Origin: Octopus sinensis
Taxonomy: Eukaryota
Direction of reading: 5' to 3'
Length of the DNA stretch: 64,000 bases
NCBI RefSeq assembly: GCF_006345805.1
Contig: NC_042998.1
Coordinates: 1,612,001 to 1,676,000, forward strand
A program made the translations under genes and the position numbers. The notes under the pieces were generated by a model, which was not told the DNA's origin, searched no databases, and was given only the letters and a program-made list of their open reading frames with translations. Shown here one piece after another: positions 51,039-63,365 of the stretch (positions are counted from its first letter, which is position 1; each line of letters starts with the position of its first letter).

Positions 51039-51625
51039 CAGTGGTTGGCAACCATTTTTTGCCTATGGACACCACCTTTGATTCCTGTTTTATTTAGGGA
51101 GTGGGGACCCTCAAAGCCATTCAATGCCTAAAGACTCCGATTATATTATGATTAGATCTTATTAGGAATTGTTTAAAGGCGGCGAGCTGGCAGAGTCGTT
51201 CAGTATGTTGGGCGAAATGCGTAGCCGTATTTCGTCTGTCTTTACGTTCTGAGTTCAAATTCCGCCGAGGTCGACTTTGCCTTTCATCCTTTCGGGGTCG
51301 ATGAAATAAGTACCAGTTGCGCACTGGGGTCGATATAATCGACTTAATCCGTTTGTCTGTCCTTGTTTGTCCTCTCTGTGTTTAGCCCCTTGTGGGTAGT
51401 AAAGAAATAAGTATTTCGCCCGCCGTTACATTCTCAGTTCAAATTCCGCCGAGGTCGACTTTGCCTTTAATCCTCTCGGGGTCGATAAAATGAGTACTAG
51501 TTACGCACTGGGATCGATGTAATCGATTATCACTCTCCCCCAAAATTTCAGGCCTTGTGCCTATAGTAAAAAGGATTATTAGGAATTGTATTAAAAAAGT
51601 GTTCTATCATCAGTGACGTCGTATG

Positions 51626-51687
<62 letters not shown>

Positions 51688-51979
51688 CAATATATCCCGG
51701 TACCAAATATTAATACAACCGTACAACAATAAGCGTTGGGAGTCCATATAAGGTTTTGTTGTTTAAATATTTTTTCTTATTTTGTTTCAGTCATCTGACT
51801 GCGGCCATCATGGAGCACCGCCTTTGGTCGAGGAAATCGACCCCAGGACTTATTCTTTGTAAGCCTTGTACTTATTCTATCGGTCTCTTTTGCAGAACCG
51901 CTATGTTACGAGGACGTAAACACACCAGCATCGGTCATCAAGAGATGGTAGGGCGACAAACACGCACACACACATATAC

Positions 51980-52025
<46 letters not shown>

Positions 52026-52338
52026 TGTGACGAGATTCTTTCAGTTTCCGTCTACCAAATCCACTCACAAGGCTTTGGTCGGCCCGTGGCTATAGCAGAA
52101 GACATTTGCCCAGGCTGCCACGCAGTGGGACTGAACCCGGAACCATGTGGTTTGGAAGCAAGCTTCTTACCACACCGCCGCATACAAAATATTTAAAAAA
52201 TTTTTATACGATTCTTAATATTTAATTATAAAAATGTAACAGGATTTTTTTAAAATATCGAATGGCTCTGAGGGTCCATCTGAGTAAAATAGGGACCAAA
52301 GGGGACCACGAATAAAAAGACATGGTTAAGAATCACTG
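51039..52338. mobile_element. hAT-like MITE expanded by nested SINEs (two family B at 51170-51590, one family A at 51775-52180)
   Basis: Ends cagtggttggcaacca / tggttaagaatcactg and inverted subterminal ggaccctcaaagccattc / gaatggctctgagggtcc; no TSD recognisable. Confidence 0.6.
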
Positions 52339-52414
52339 AGCTCGGACATCCAGAATTGCCAACCTCGCTTTACTGTTACGTCACAACCATCTATTCCTCT
52401 CTCTTTCTTATTTC

Positions 52415-52620
52415 TTAATTGCCCACAAGGGGCTAAACATAGAAGGGACAAACAAGGACAATATCGACCCCAGTTCGTAACTGGTACTTAATTTATCGAT
52501 CTCGAAAGGATGAACGGCAAAGTTGACCTCGGCGGAATTTGAACTCAGAACGTAACGGCAGACGAAAAACTGCTAAGCATTTCGCCCAGCGTGCTAACGG
52601 TTCTGCCACTTTACCGCCTT
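52415..52620 (-). mobile_element. SINE family B
   Basis: Consensus match. Confidence 0.85.
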
Positions 52621-52641
52621 ATTCCTCTCTCTTTCTAGTCA

Positions 52642-52696
<55 letters not shown>

Positions 52697-54000
52697 TCTA
52701 TTTTACTCCCTTCCCCGCCCGTTGTCCTACGACCGTTTTACTCTCGTTTCTTTGACTACCTATTACACTTTATTTTGCACACCCCTCCCTAACTGAGTGG
52801 CTTCTTTCTCTTCTTTTATCGGGATATTTTCATCCTTTTTTTCACACAGGCACCATCACCATCATCAACAATAACAGCACCGACAACACTATCATTGCCA
52901 CTTCCACCACCACGAGTAACAACACACCTCCACCAAAACCACTCCCACTATCACCATCATCACCCTTATCACCTCCACCAACACCTCTAACAACCTCATC
53001 TCTACCACCGACACTACCACCAGCATCTCTACAAATATCAACAACAACAGCAATACAACCACCCCAGCAAAAACACCGTCGTCTACAACACCACCATTGG
53101 CTAACGGGAGAGCCTTTTCGTGGTCGCTCCACTTCCTTAGATTAGAAGCCAACTTCCCCTGGCATCACATCCCACATTGGGTAAGGTGATACTGAGTTCA
53201 ATTATGCAGGGATAAGACGGGGTGGACACGGTTGGGATATCTTTGATTATAGGCCTGTTCAACCAGAGTCCTCCTGATGTTAAGCAACAACAGAAAAAAC
53301 CCTTTGCCAACACCATTTTCCTCTTTTCTTTTTTGGGTTCTTTTCTGTTTGGCTTCGCGTTTTGAAATTTTAAAATTAAGAGAAAATATTAAAATTTGGT
53401 ATATTGTGATGTAACTTAATGAATTAATGTAGCATTTGGGTTCTCCTAATAATCTTAAGAAACCTGACCACAGAGTAGCCACAACTGCTGACCTTTTGCA
53501 TATCCAATAATTGTGATAAAATATTAAAAATAAAGTTATTTTCCAACAGGTGGGAAGTACATTTTCCCGGTGGGACATACCTGGCGGAGCCTGGTGGGGG
53601 GAATAGGTTGGCAATCATTAATGTAAACAATAAATATATTGTAGCGAGAACGATAAATTCGGAAAAAAACAGACAGGTAAGCAAATAGCTTGGCTTACTA
53701 CTATGGAAACAGGCAATTTCTATGCGGCTTTCGAATGGCTAAAATTATCCCAAATTTTCAAACTTTAAAAGCTATTAACTTTTCATTTATCTATTTGTGG
53801 CAAAAATTAATTTCATTTCCATAATTAGCATACAAAACTACAACGATACACGAAATTTAGAAATAAGTTCGAACAAAATTGAAGGAATTGAAGAGTGAAA
53901 GCCAAATAGAAAATATCTTTTTATACTCATAGCCAATTTATTCCTTCCTCCATTTTTAATAGTACCAGTTTAATAATTATTCCTACCGCCATTCTTTACC

Positions 54001-54533
54001 CTACTTACTTAAGCCCTTCACTTACTTAAGCCCTTCACTTCTTATGCAGCATAAGCCATCGATGACTTGTCTCTACTGTTCTTGATTCTGGGCTGTCTTT
54101 TCTATTCCTTTACAGGTGAATCCCTGCTTTTTCAGCTCTACCTCAGCATCTCGCATCCAATGATTTTTAAAGCGTCCTCTCTTTCGTCTCCCATATAGGT
54201 TCCAGATTATAGCCAGCCTGATGTGTAATGCAGGATGCTGGTTCCCTTAAGATGTAGCCTTTCAGATTCTGCTGCACCCGAGAGAAGGTCTCACTCATCC
54301 GGGTCTTTTTAGCTTTGAATTATCACTGATGCTTCTGTAACTTTGTCTGTTTTTAGACAGGGCTGTTGGCCCTATACAACTCCAACTTTTATCTTTGGGA
54401 AGAGGTGGTCCATATTAGTCTTTATCTTTTAATTTATCTAACATGGGAGAGCTTGAACTTAACCAACACAACTCTCAGGGCCACTGAGGCACAGAAGCCA
54501 CCATACCGCATCAAGGACTAGACCTAGTGGTGG
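54001..54533 (-). mobile_element. RTE LINE derivative: C-terminal fragment plus a putative 5'-UTR-like segment
   Basis: 54060-54250 translates as WNLYGRRKRGRFKNHWMRDAEVELKKQGFTCKGIEKTAQNQEQ*RQVIDGLC; the 17-nt terminus tgaagggcttaagtaag is duplicated. Confidence 0.7.
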
Positions 54534-54676
54534 ATTCTTCACACTGGTTTAGTTATTAATCCAAGCTCCATTCGTTTTAAATACTAGTTTTCTCATTATT
54601 CCAACCTTTGTTTCCTTCAAACTAGTTAAATATCCGGTCTTTTATTCCCGCCACCCTTTTTTACAACTAGTTAAAC

Positions 54677-54952
54677 CAGTGGTTCCAAAACCTTTTCGAG
54701 TTGCCGCCACCTTGATACCCAGGCCCCATTCCTAGTGCCCCCAACCCAGCTATCCATCACAAGCATGGACCTCCTTCTCAAGCAAATCCAAAGCATCTGT
54801 ATTTCACAAATAAAACTTAACCTAATGAACCCCTTCATTTTCTTGTTTTTACATGAATCGTTACCCTATTATCGCCCCACTTTTCTTCAACACCCCCTTG
54901 GAACTTTCCACCACTCCCAAGGGGGCAATACCGACCACTTTGAGAACCACTG
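54677..54952. mobile_element. hAT-type MITE (276 bp)
   Basis: Perfect 8-bp TSD agttaaac (54669-54676, 54953-54960); TIRs cagtggttccaaaa / tttgagaaccactg. Confidence 0.9.
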
Positions 54953-55712
54953 AGTTAAACACTACTTAACACTAGTCTATTTATTCTATCTCCGTTTTGT
55001 AATACTAGTTAAATACTAGTTAAATACTAGTAGTCACCAGTTTTTATATCCCTATTTCCGTTTTTTAACATTAATTCATTCATTCCTATGTTTATTTTAT
55101 TTTAAATACTAAACACTAGTCGACTCTAGTTTATTCCTATCTTCCTTTTTTTAGCGCTAATTTTCTTGTTTTCTCTTTTCGCCACCATCACGGGAACCAG
55201 ATCTTTGTAAATGTGAACCTGTCAAAGATTTATGCTTGATTGATTGATCTGATGTGTCGAAATCAACCATAATGGGCTTCACCTAACACAGTTACGGTTT
55301 GAAAAGAGATTAACGCGGTTAATATTTCCCTTGACAAATCACTGACTGTCTCTTGAGGGTAATTTAGTAATAGTTGCTATTTATACAATACAACAAACAC
55401 TGGAAGCTTAACAATAGATTAAACTATTATCCCTTCATGATAAAACAGGAGATAAAACAGGAGAAAAACGATTCTGAATTTTATAAGGAATATAAAATAG
55501 TCATCTGTATACCATACTGAAAGGAGGTTGAAAGCCCACTAAAGTACGGTATTCGTCTCGAGAAAGTATCTCTTATAGACATATAGTGTTTAAAAAGTCC
55601 ACAAAAATATATTAGCAGCAGAAGAAAATCAGCCGATAGGCTAAATACAATTCGTTATTAGCGACGAAAGTAGTATTAGTTCAAAATATCAATCGGTTTT
55701 CCATTTCCCTCA

Positions 55713-55745
<33 letters not shown>

Positions 55746-55774
55746 AATGGGTGTTTGTTGGTTTTTGTGCTTGT

Positions 55775-56137
55775 ACGTATGTATTCTTTTACTTGGGGCC
55801 ATACTGGAGTACCGCCTTTAGTGGAACGAAACGACCCCAGGACTTATTCTTTGTAAGCCTAGTACTTATTATATTGGCCTGTTTTGCCGAACCGCTATGT
55901 TACGTTAACGTAAACACACCAACGTCGTTTGTCAAGCGATGGTGGGGGCGGACAAACACAGACAATCACAGACACAAACATACAGGCTTCTTTTAGTTTC
56001 CGTCTACCAAATCTACTAACAAGGCTTTGGTCGGCCCGAGGTTATAGTAGAAGACACTTTGCCCAAGGTGTCACACAGTGGGACTGAACCCGGAACCATG
56101 TGGTTGGTTAGCAAGCTACTTACCACACAGCCACGCC
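55775..56137 (-). mobile_element. CORE-type SINE, family A
   Basis: Reverse complement of the consensus; the head abuts the large GTAT array. Confidence 0.85.
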
Positions 56138-58215
56138 TGTATGTATGTATGTATGTATGTATGTATGTATGTATGGATGTATGTGTGTATGGGTGTGTGT
56201 ATGTGTGTGTGTATGTATGTATGTATGTATGTATGTATGTATGTATGGATGTATGTGTGTATGGGTGTGTGTATGTGTGTGTGTATGTATGTATGTATGT
56301 ATGTATGGATGTATGTATGTGTGTATGGATGTATGTATGTATGTGTGTATGTGTGTGTGTATGTATGTATGCATGTATGTATGTATGTATGTATGTATGT
56401 ATGTATGCATGTATGTATGTATGTATGTATGTATGTATGTATGTATGTATGTATGTATACATGTATGTATGTATGTATGTATGTATGTGTATGTATACAT
56501 GTATGTATGTATATAGTATGTATGTATGCATGTATGTATGTATGTATGATGCATGTATGTATGTATGTATGTATACATGTATGTATGTATGTATGTATGT
56601 ATGTATGTAGATGTATGTATACATGTATGTATGTATGTATGTATGTATGATGTATGCATGTATGTATGTTGTATGTATGTAGTATGTATGTATGTATACA
56701 TGTATGTATGTATGTATGTATGCATGTATGTATGTATGTATGCATGTATGTATGTATGTATGTGTGTATGTATGTATACATGTATGTATGTATGTATGTA
56801 TGTATGTATGTATGTATGCATGTATGTATGTATGTATGTATGTATGTATGTATGTATGTATGTATACATGTATGTATGTATGTAGGTATGTATGTATGTA
56901 TGTATGTATGTATACATGTATGTATGTATGTATGTAGTATGTATGTATGTATACAGTATGTATGTATGTATGTATGTATGTATGTATGATGTATACATGT
57001 ATGTATGTATGTATGTATGTATGTATGTATGTATGTATACATGTATGTATGTATGTGTATGTATGTATGTATGTATGCATGTATGTATGTATGTATGCAT
57101 GTATGTATGTATGTATGCATGTATGTATGTATGTATGTATGTATACATGTATGTATGTATGTATGTATGTATGTATGTATGTATGTATGTATGTATGCAT
57201 GTATGTATGTATGTATGTATGTATGTATGTATTATGTATGTATGTATGTATGGATGTATGTGTGTATGGGTGTGTGTATGTGTGTGTGTATGTATGTATG
57301 TATGTATGTATGGATGTATGTATGTGTGTATGGATGTGTGTATGTGTGTGTATGTATGTATGCATGTATGGATGTATGTATGTATGTATGTATGTATGTA
57401 TGTATGTATGTATGTATGTATGTATGTATGTATGCATGTATGTATGTATGTATGTATGTATGTATGTATGTATGTATACATGTATGTATGTATGTATGTA
57501 TGTATGTATACATGTATGTATGTATGTATGTATGTATGTTGTATGTATGTATGTATGTATGTATGTATGTATACATGTATGTATGTATGTATGTATGTAT
57601 GTATGCATGTATGTATGTATGTATGTATGTATGTATGTATACATGTATGTATGTATGTATGTATGTATGTATGTATGTATGTATGTATGTATGTATACAT
57701 GTATGTATGTATGTATGTATGTATGTATGTATGTATGCATGTATGTATGTATGTATGTATGCATGTATGTATGCATGTATGTATGTATGTATGCATGTAT
57801 GTATGTATGTATGTATGTATGTATGTTACATGTATGTATGTATGTATGTATGCATGTATGTATGTATGTATGCATGTATGTATGTATGTATACATGTATG
57901 TATGTATGTATGTATGTATGCATGTATGTATGCATGTATGTATGTATGTATGCATGTATGTATGTATGTATGTATGTATGTATGTATGCATGTATGTATG
58001 TATGTATGTATGTATGTATGTATGCATGTATGTATGTATGTATGTATGTATGTGCATGTATGTATGCATGTATGTATGTATGTATGTATGTATGTATGTA
58101 TGTATGTATGTATACATGTATGTATGTATGTATGTATGTATGTATGTATGTATGTATGTATGTATACATGTATGTATGTATGTATGTATGTATGTATGTA
58201 TGCATGTATGTATGT
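56138..58215. repeat. About 2.1-kb (GTAT)n variant array with higher-order structure
   Basis: Directly visible; source of the 729-aa and 665-aa spurious ORFs. Confidence 0.97.
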
Positions 58216-58484
58216 AGTATACGTCTCGCTTTTATCCTTCGAAACGTTTAGTAGATGAAATCTTAGCGACTGAAGAAGGGGTTTTTTCGTTGTGCTTATT
58301 GTCCTGTATCTCTCCCTTTTTTTTGCTTGTCTTGTTCCTTGGTTTGTGTCTATGTTTTTCGTCTCTCTATGTGTTTGACGTCCTTTTGGTGTCCTGTACA
58401 CATATATGCGTGTATATGTACATGTAGAGGTAGGTACGTACATATATGTTTATATATATGCATATGTTCTATTTTATTAACATA

Positions 58485-58868
58485 CTAGCAGTATCGCCCG
58501 GCGTTGCTCAGGTTTGTAAGGGAAATAACTATAAAGTATTTTTAGAGAGTTATAGCCAAAAAATAGCAAAAAAATGGAAAAAAATTATGGTAAATTTTTT
58601 TTTGAGATTTAAAAAAGGTGGAGTTGCGTCCCCTAGACAGTTTGTGGTTCGTGTTTCTGATTCTCGACCCCATGTCGAATTTATCGATTTTTTCAGAACT
58701 GGAGGAACTTTTCAAAATTTTCGCTGCGTTAGTTTTGAATTATGACATTGGGCTATGTGTGTGTCAAGTTTCATCAGAATCGGTTGAAAGCCGTGGTCAG
58801 GGTGAGGGTACAACCTGACAGACACACAGAAACACGCACAGACAAACTGCCGTTTATATATAGAGAGA
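58485..58868 (-). mobile_element. Non-autonomous Helitron, complete
   Basis: A|TC ... hairpin ... CTAG|T on the minus strand; near-identical to 21588-21971. Confidence 0.9.
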
Positions 58869-59625
58869 TGTATGTATGTATGTATGTGTATGTATGTATG
58901 TATACATGTATGTATGTATATGTGTATGTATGTATGTGTGTATGTATGTATGTATGTATGTATGTATGTATGTATGTATGTATGTATGATGTATGTATGT
59001 ATGTATGTATGTATGTATGTATGTATGTATGTATGTATACATGTATGTATGTATGTATGTATGTATTTATGTATGTATACATGTATGTATGTATGTATAC
59101 ATGTATGTATGTATGTATACATGTATGTATGTATGTATACATGTATGTATGTATGTATGTATGTATGTATGTATGTATGTATGTATGTATACATGTATGT
59201 ATGTATACATGTATGTATGTATACATGTATGTATGTATGTATGTATGTATGTATGTATGTATGTATGCATGTATGTATGTATGTATGTATACATGTATGT
59301 ATGTATGTATGTATGTATGTATGTATACATGTATGTATGTTTGTATACATGTATGTATGTATGTATACATGTATGTATGTATGTATGTATGTATACATGT
59401 ATGTATGTATACATGTATGTATGTATGTATGTATGTATACATGTATGTATGTATGTATGCATGTATGCATGTATGTATGTATGTATGTATGTATGTATGT
59501 GTGTATGTATGTATGTATGTATGTATGTATGTATGTATGTGTGTATTTATGTATGTGTGTATGTATGTATGTATGTATGTGCATGTATGTATGTATGTAT
59601 GTATGTATGTATGTATGTATATGTG
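58869..59625. repeat. (GTAT)n variant array
   Basis: Directly visible. Confidence 0.95.
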
Positions 59626-59789
59626 TATGTGCATAGACATGTGTGAAGTGTATTTTGCGTATATATCTCGTTACCGGAATATGTGTGCGTGTGTATGCGC
59701 ATGCGCGTGTGTATATGTAAATATAGGAGCATTAAAGAGGTTGACATAAAACATTTCATTAATTACATCTCAAAATTTTAATGTTACAG

Positions 59790-60415
59790 ATATTGGTTTC
59801 ACATTTTTGACACAAGGCCAGCAATTTCGGCGAAAAGGAGTTAGTCGATTACATCAACCTCAGTGCTCAATTGATACTTACTTTATCGACCCCCGAAAAG
59901 ATGAAAGGCAAAAGTCGAACTCGGCGGAATTTGAATTCAGAAAGTCGAGACAAACGAATTGCTGCTAAGCTATTTGCCCGGCGCGGTAACGATTCTGCCG
60001 GTTCGCCGACTTAATGTGTTACAGATATTGACTCCAAATTCAGGCCCGACGGCCAGTAATTTCGGGAGCAGGTTAAGTCGATTACATCGATACTACTATT
60101 CAACTGGTACCTATTTTATCGACTCCGAAATACGCCACACATAGTGGCATACATTTACACATAAACCTAACTCTTAATTGAAGTCGGCGAGGGGCTGGCA
60201 GAAACGTTAGCACGCCGGGCGAAATGCGTAGCCGTATTTCGTCTGCCGTTACGTTCTGAGTTCAAATTCCACCGTGGTCGACTTTGCCTTTCATCCTTTC
60301 GGAGTCGATTAAATAAATACCAGTTACGCATTGGGGTCGATATAATCGACTTAATCCCTTTGTCTGTCCTTGTTTGTCTCCTCTGTGTGTAGCCCCTTGT
60401 GGGCAGTAAAGAAAT
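59790..60415. mobile_element. Family-B SINEs head-to-head (59790-60010 minus, 60180-60415 plus, with a fragment between)
   Basis: Consensus matches in opposite orientations. Confidence 0.8.
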
Positions 60416-60501
60416 AATAAACTTAACTCTTATGTACACACTTACACAGGCATGTTCTGCAAGCACACACACACAGCGTGAGCATTACATAGATTTCCAG
60501 T

Positions 60502-60852
60502 GGAGGCGCAATGGCCCAGTGGTTAGGGCAGCGGACTCGCGGTCGTAGGATGGCGGTTTCGATTCCCAGACCGGGCGTTGTGAGTGTTTATTGAGCGAAA
60601 ACACCTAAAGCTCCACGAGGCTCCGGCAGAGGATGGTGGTGATCCCTGCTGTACTCTTTCACCACAACTTTCTCTCACTCTTACTTCCTGTTTCTGTTGT
60701 ACCTGTATTTCAAGGGGCCGGCCTTGTCACTCTCTGTGTCACGCTGAATATCCCCGAGAACTACGTTAAGGATGCACGTGTCTGTGGAGTGCTCAGCCAC
60801 TTACACGTTAATTTCACGAGCAGGCTGTTCCGTTGATTCGGATCAACCGGAG
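60502..60852 (+). mobile_element. SINE with a family C head and a family D 3' module
   Basis: Intact tRNA-like head ggaggcgcaatggcccagtggttagggcagcggactcg...tttcgattccc; 60700-60850 matches 37220-37370. Confidence 0.85.
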
Positions 60853-61079
60853 AAGAGACATAGATTTCCCATTATTCATGGGATGACAACCAACGTGAAA
60901 GTCACGGAGGTAAAGCAGTAATACTTTGCACATGAAATTTTGTGATCTAATTTCCGATTCTGCACTGCAATATTTTCGATTTCATTTATGAATCTACTTT
61001 TATTCATTTTATTTGTTTTTCAGATAAAAGAAAATTATTTTACAAAAAAGGAGAAAAAAAAAACCAGATCAATGGTTTA

Positions 61080-61258
61080 AGCGCAGGTCTGACTGTGGGA
61101 ATAGAAATTTGCTTCCCAACCACATGGTTACGGGTTCAATATACTATGTGACGCCTTGAACACATGTTTTCTCTTATAGCTCCGGGTCGACCAAACCTTG
61201 TGAGGGGATGAAGCCCGTCGTGTGTGTGTATGTGTGTGTGTATATATGTGTGAGAGAG

Positions 61259-61294
<36 letters not shown>

Positions 61295-61530
61295 TGTGTG
61301 TGTGTCTGTCTGAAAGAGAGGGAGAAAGGTGTGTGTATATGTCCCACAACTGCTTGACAACCAGAGTCGATTTGTTTACGTCCCTGTAACCTAGCGGTTC
61401 GGCAAAAGAGATCGGTAGGATGAGTACCAGGCTTAGAAAAATAATGAATACTAGGATCGATTTATTCGACTAAACACTTCAAGGCAGTGCCCCAGCATGG
61501 CCGCAGTCTAATGACCGAAACAATTAAAAA
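61080..61530 (+). mobile_element. CORE-type SINE, family A (diverged)
   Basis: Collinear with the consensus; internal (GT)/(GA)n. Confidence 0.8.
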
Positions 61531-61793
61531 AAAAAACAAAGGATAAAACTATTTTTCTTTGCATTAATGTAATTTTCATAAAGCATTTTCTCAAAAACTT
61601 TTAACCAAAAGGAAAGAAAGCGAGCGACATTCTTCGTCGCGCATAAAATTACGGAAAGAAAGAAGAAAGTAAAGTGATGGAGTTAGTTATCCTATAAAGT
61701 TTCTAGTAATTTTGAAAATGGGGGAAGTCGATTACATCGAATCCTACAGACCAACGGGTACTTATTTCACTGATCCCGGAAGGATGGAAGGTA

Positions 61794-62308
61794 CCGTAAA
61801 TCCTCGAGTATAGTCCGCCCTTGAGTATAATACGCAGGGGATTTTTAGGGAGCTGTACCTCTGAAAAACCCAAACCTTGTGTATAATACGCACCCCTTCT
61901 CTAACTTGAGTCAAGGAGGTCTATATAACGTCCTTGGTTTGTAAAAATGTATGCAGTAACGTCCTTTATTATTATTGTACATATAACATAATTCAAACGT
62001 GTAGCTTTTTTGTGCATTTTGTTTGCAGAAAATAAAGAAATAAAAGTAATAACGTTTAATAAATGTTGCTTACTGCAAGTTATGGATGATTCTTTTATGA
62101 CTTCATTGCTTTCAGGCTTAGCTTAAGGGATTTTCATGCCCAACATCACAAAATGCGTCTGAATAAACATTGCCGGACAGCAAATAGAGATTTGCACATT
62201 GCTTAGAAAATAATTTTCATTTTTAACCTCGTATATAGTACGCACTAGGGATTTTGACCATTAAATTATGGGGGGGGGGTGATGCGGATTATACTCGAGG
62301 ATTTACGG
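61794..62308. mobile_element. pogo/Tigger-like MITE inserted in a family-B SINE
   Basis: 19-bp perfect TIR ccgtaaatcctcgagtata; TA on the left flank; SINE sequence resumes on both sides. Confidence 0.85.
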
Positions 62309-62419
62309 TTAGTCAACCTTAGCAGCGTTTGAACTCGAAGGTTATCTTTAATAGCAACAACAATAATAACCAGTCGCTTTGGGGGCCTTTACTTCGTTGA
62401 CTGACCTGTTAGAGATATT

Positions 62420-63365
62420 AGCCAAGCTCACATTAAATAATCTTTTCTGCTCTAGGCACAAGGTCCGAAACTTTTGGGGGAGGGGGCCAATCCAGTAGAT
62501 CGACCCCAGTATGTAACTGGTACTTAATTTATCGACCCGAAAGGATGTAAGGCAAAGTCGACCTCCGCGCAATTTGAATTCAGAACGTAAAGACAAAATA
62601 CCTATTTCTCTACTACCCACTAGGGGCTACACACAGAGGGGGACAAACAAGGACAGACAGACGGATTAAGTCGATTATATCGACCCCAGTCCATAACTGG
62701 TACTTATCTAATCGACCCCGAAAGGATGAAAGGCAAAGTCGACCTCGGCGGAATTTGAACTCCGAACGTAAAGACAGACGAAATACAGCTACGCATTTCG
62801 CCCAGCGTGCTACCGTTTCTGCCAGCTCGCCGCCTTCTCACATTAAATAATGCAATACGAGAAAGGAATTGGGATGTCCACAGCTGCAATGCAGTTGATC
62901 AAAGGTGGACTTGTTCAGGTTCGGTTTGGGACTAAACAAAAATAAAGGGTACAATGATAATAATAATAATAATAATAACAATTTCAAATTCTGGTTCAAG
63001 GCCAGCAAGTTCTGGGGCGGAACCAGTTCGATTACATCGATCCCCAGTGTTCGACTGACACTTATTCTATTGACCCCGAAAGGATGAAAGGCAAAGTCGA
63101 CCTCGGCGGAACTTGAACTCAGAACGTAAAGACGGGTGAAATACGTATTTCTTTACTACCCACAAGGGGCAAAACACAGAGCGGACAAACGGATTAAGTC
63201 GATTATATCGACACCAGTGCGTAACTGGTACTTATTTAATCGACCCCGAAAGGATGAAAGGCAAAGTCGACCTCGGCGGAATTTGAACTCAGAACGGAGC
63301 GGCAGACGAAATACTGCTGAGCATTTCGCCCGTCGTGCTAACCACTCTACCAGCTCGCCACCTGA
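62420..63365 (-). mobile_element. Cluster of head-to-tail family-B SINE copies
   Basis: At least four repeats of gaccccgaaaggatgaaaggcaaagtcgacctcggcgg in the same orientation. Confidence 0.85.

Noticed and set aside
56016-58258. Very long ORFs (up to 729 aa; HTYI and MYVC repeats)
   Set aside because: Translations of (GTAT)n arrays, which lack stop codons in several frames. The same applies to ORFs at 6.3-7.1, 16.5-17.6, 36.3-37.6, 38.7-39.4, 40.1-41.3 and 58.7-59.8 kb.
58235-58281. GAAACGTT followed by CTGAAGAAGGGG, resembling a permuted (type II) hammerhead
   Set aside because: No convincing helix I can be formed, and the best helix II consumes core nucleotides; more likely a rearranged pLTR remnant.
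60502-60575. tRNA-like sequence
   Set aside because: SINE head continuing into a repeat body with no proper acceptor stem; not a tRNA gene. The same applies at 15261 and 37080.
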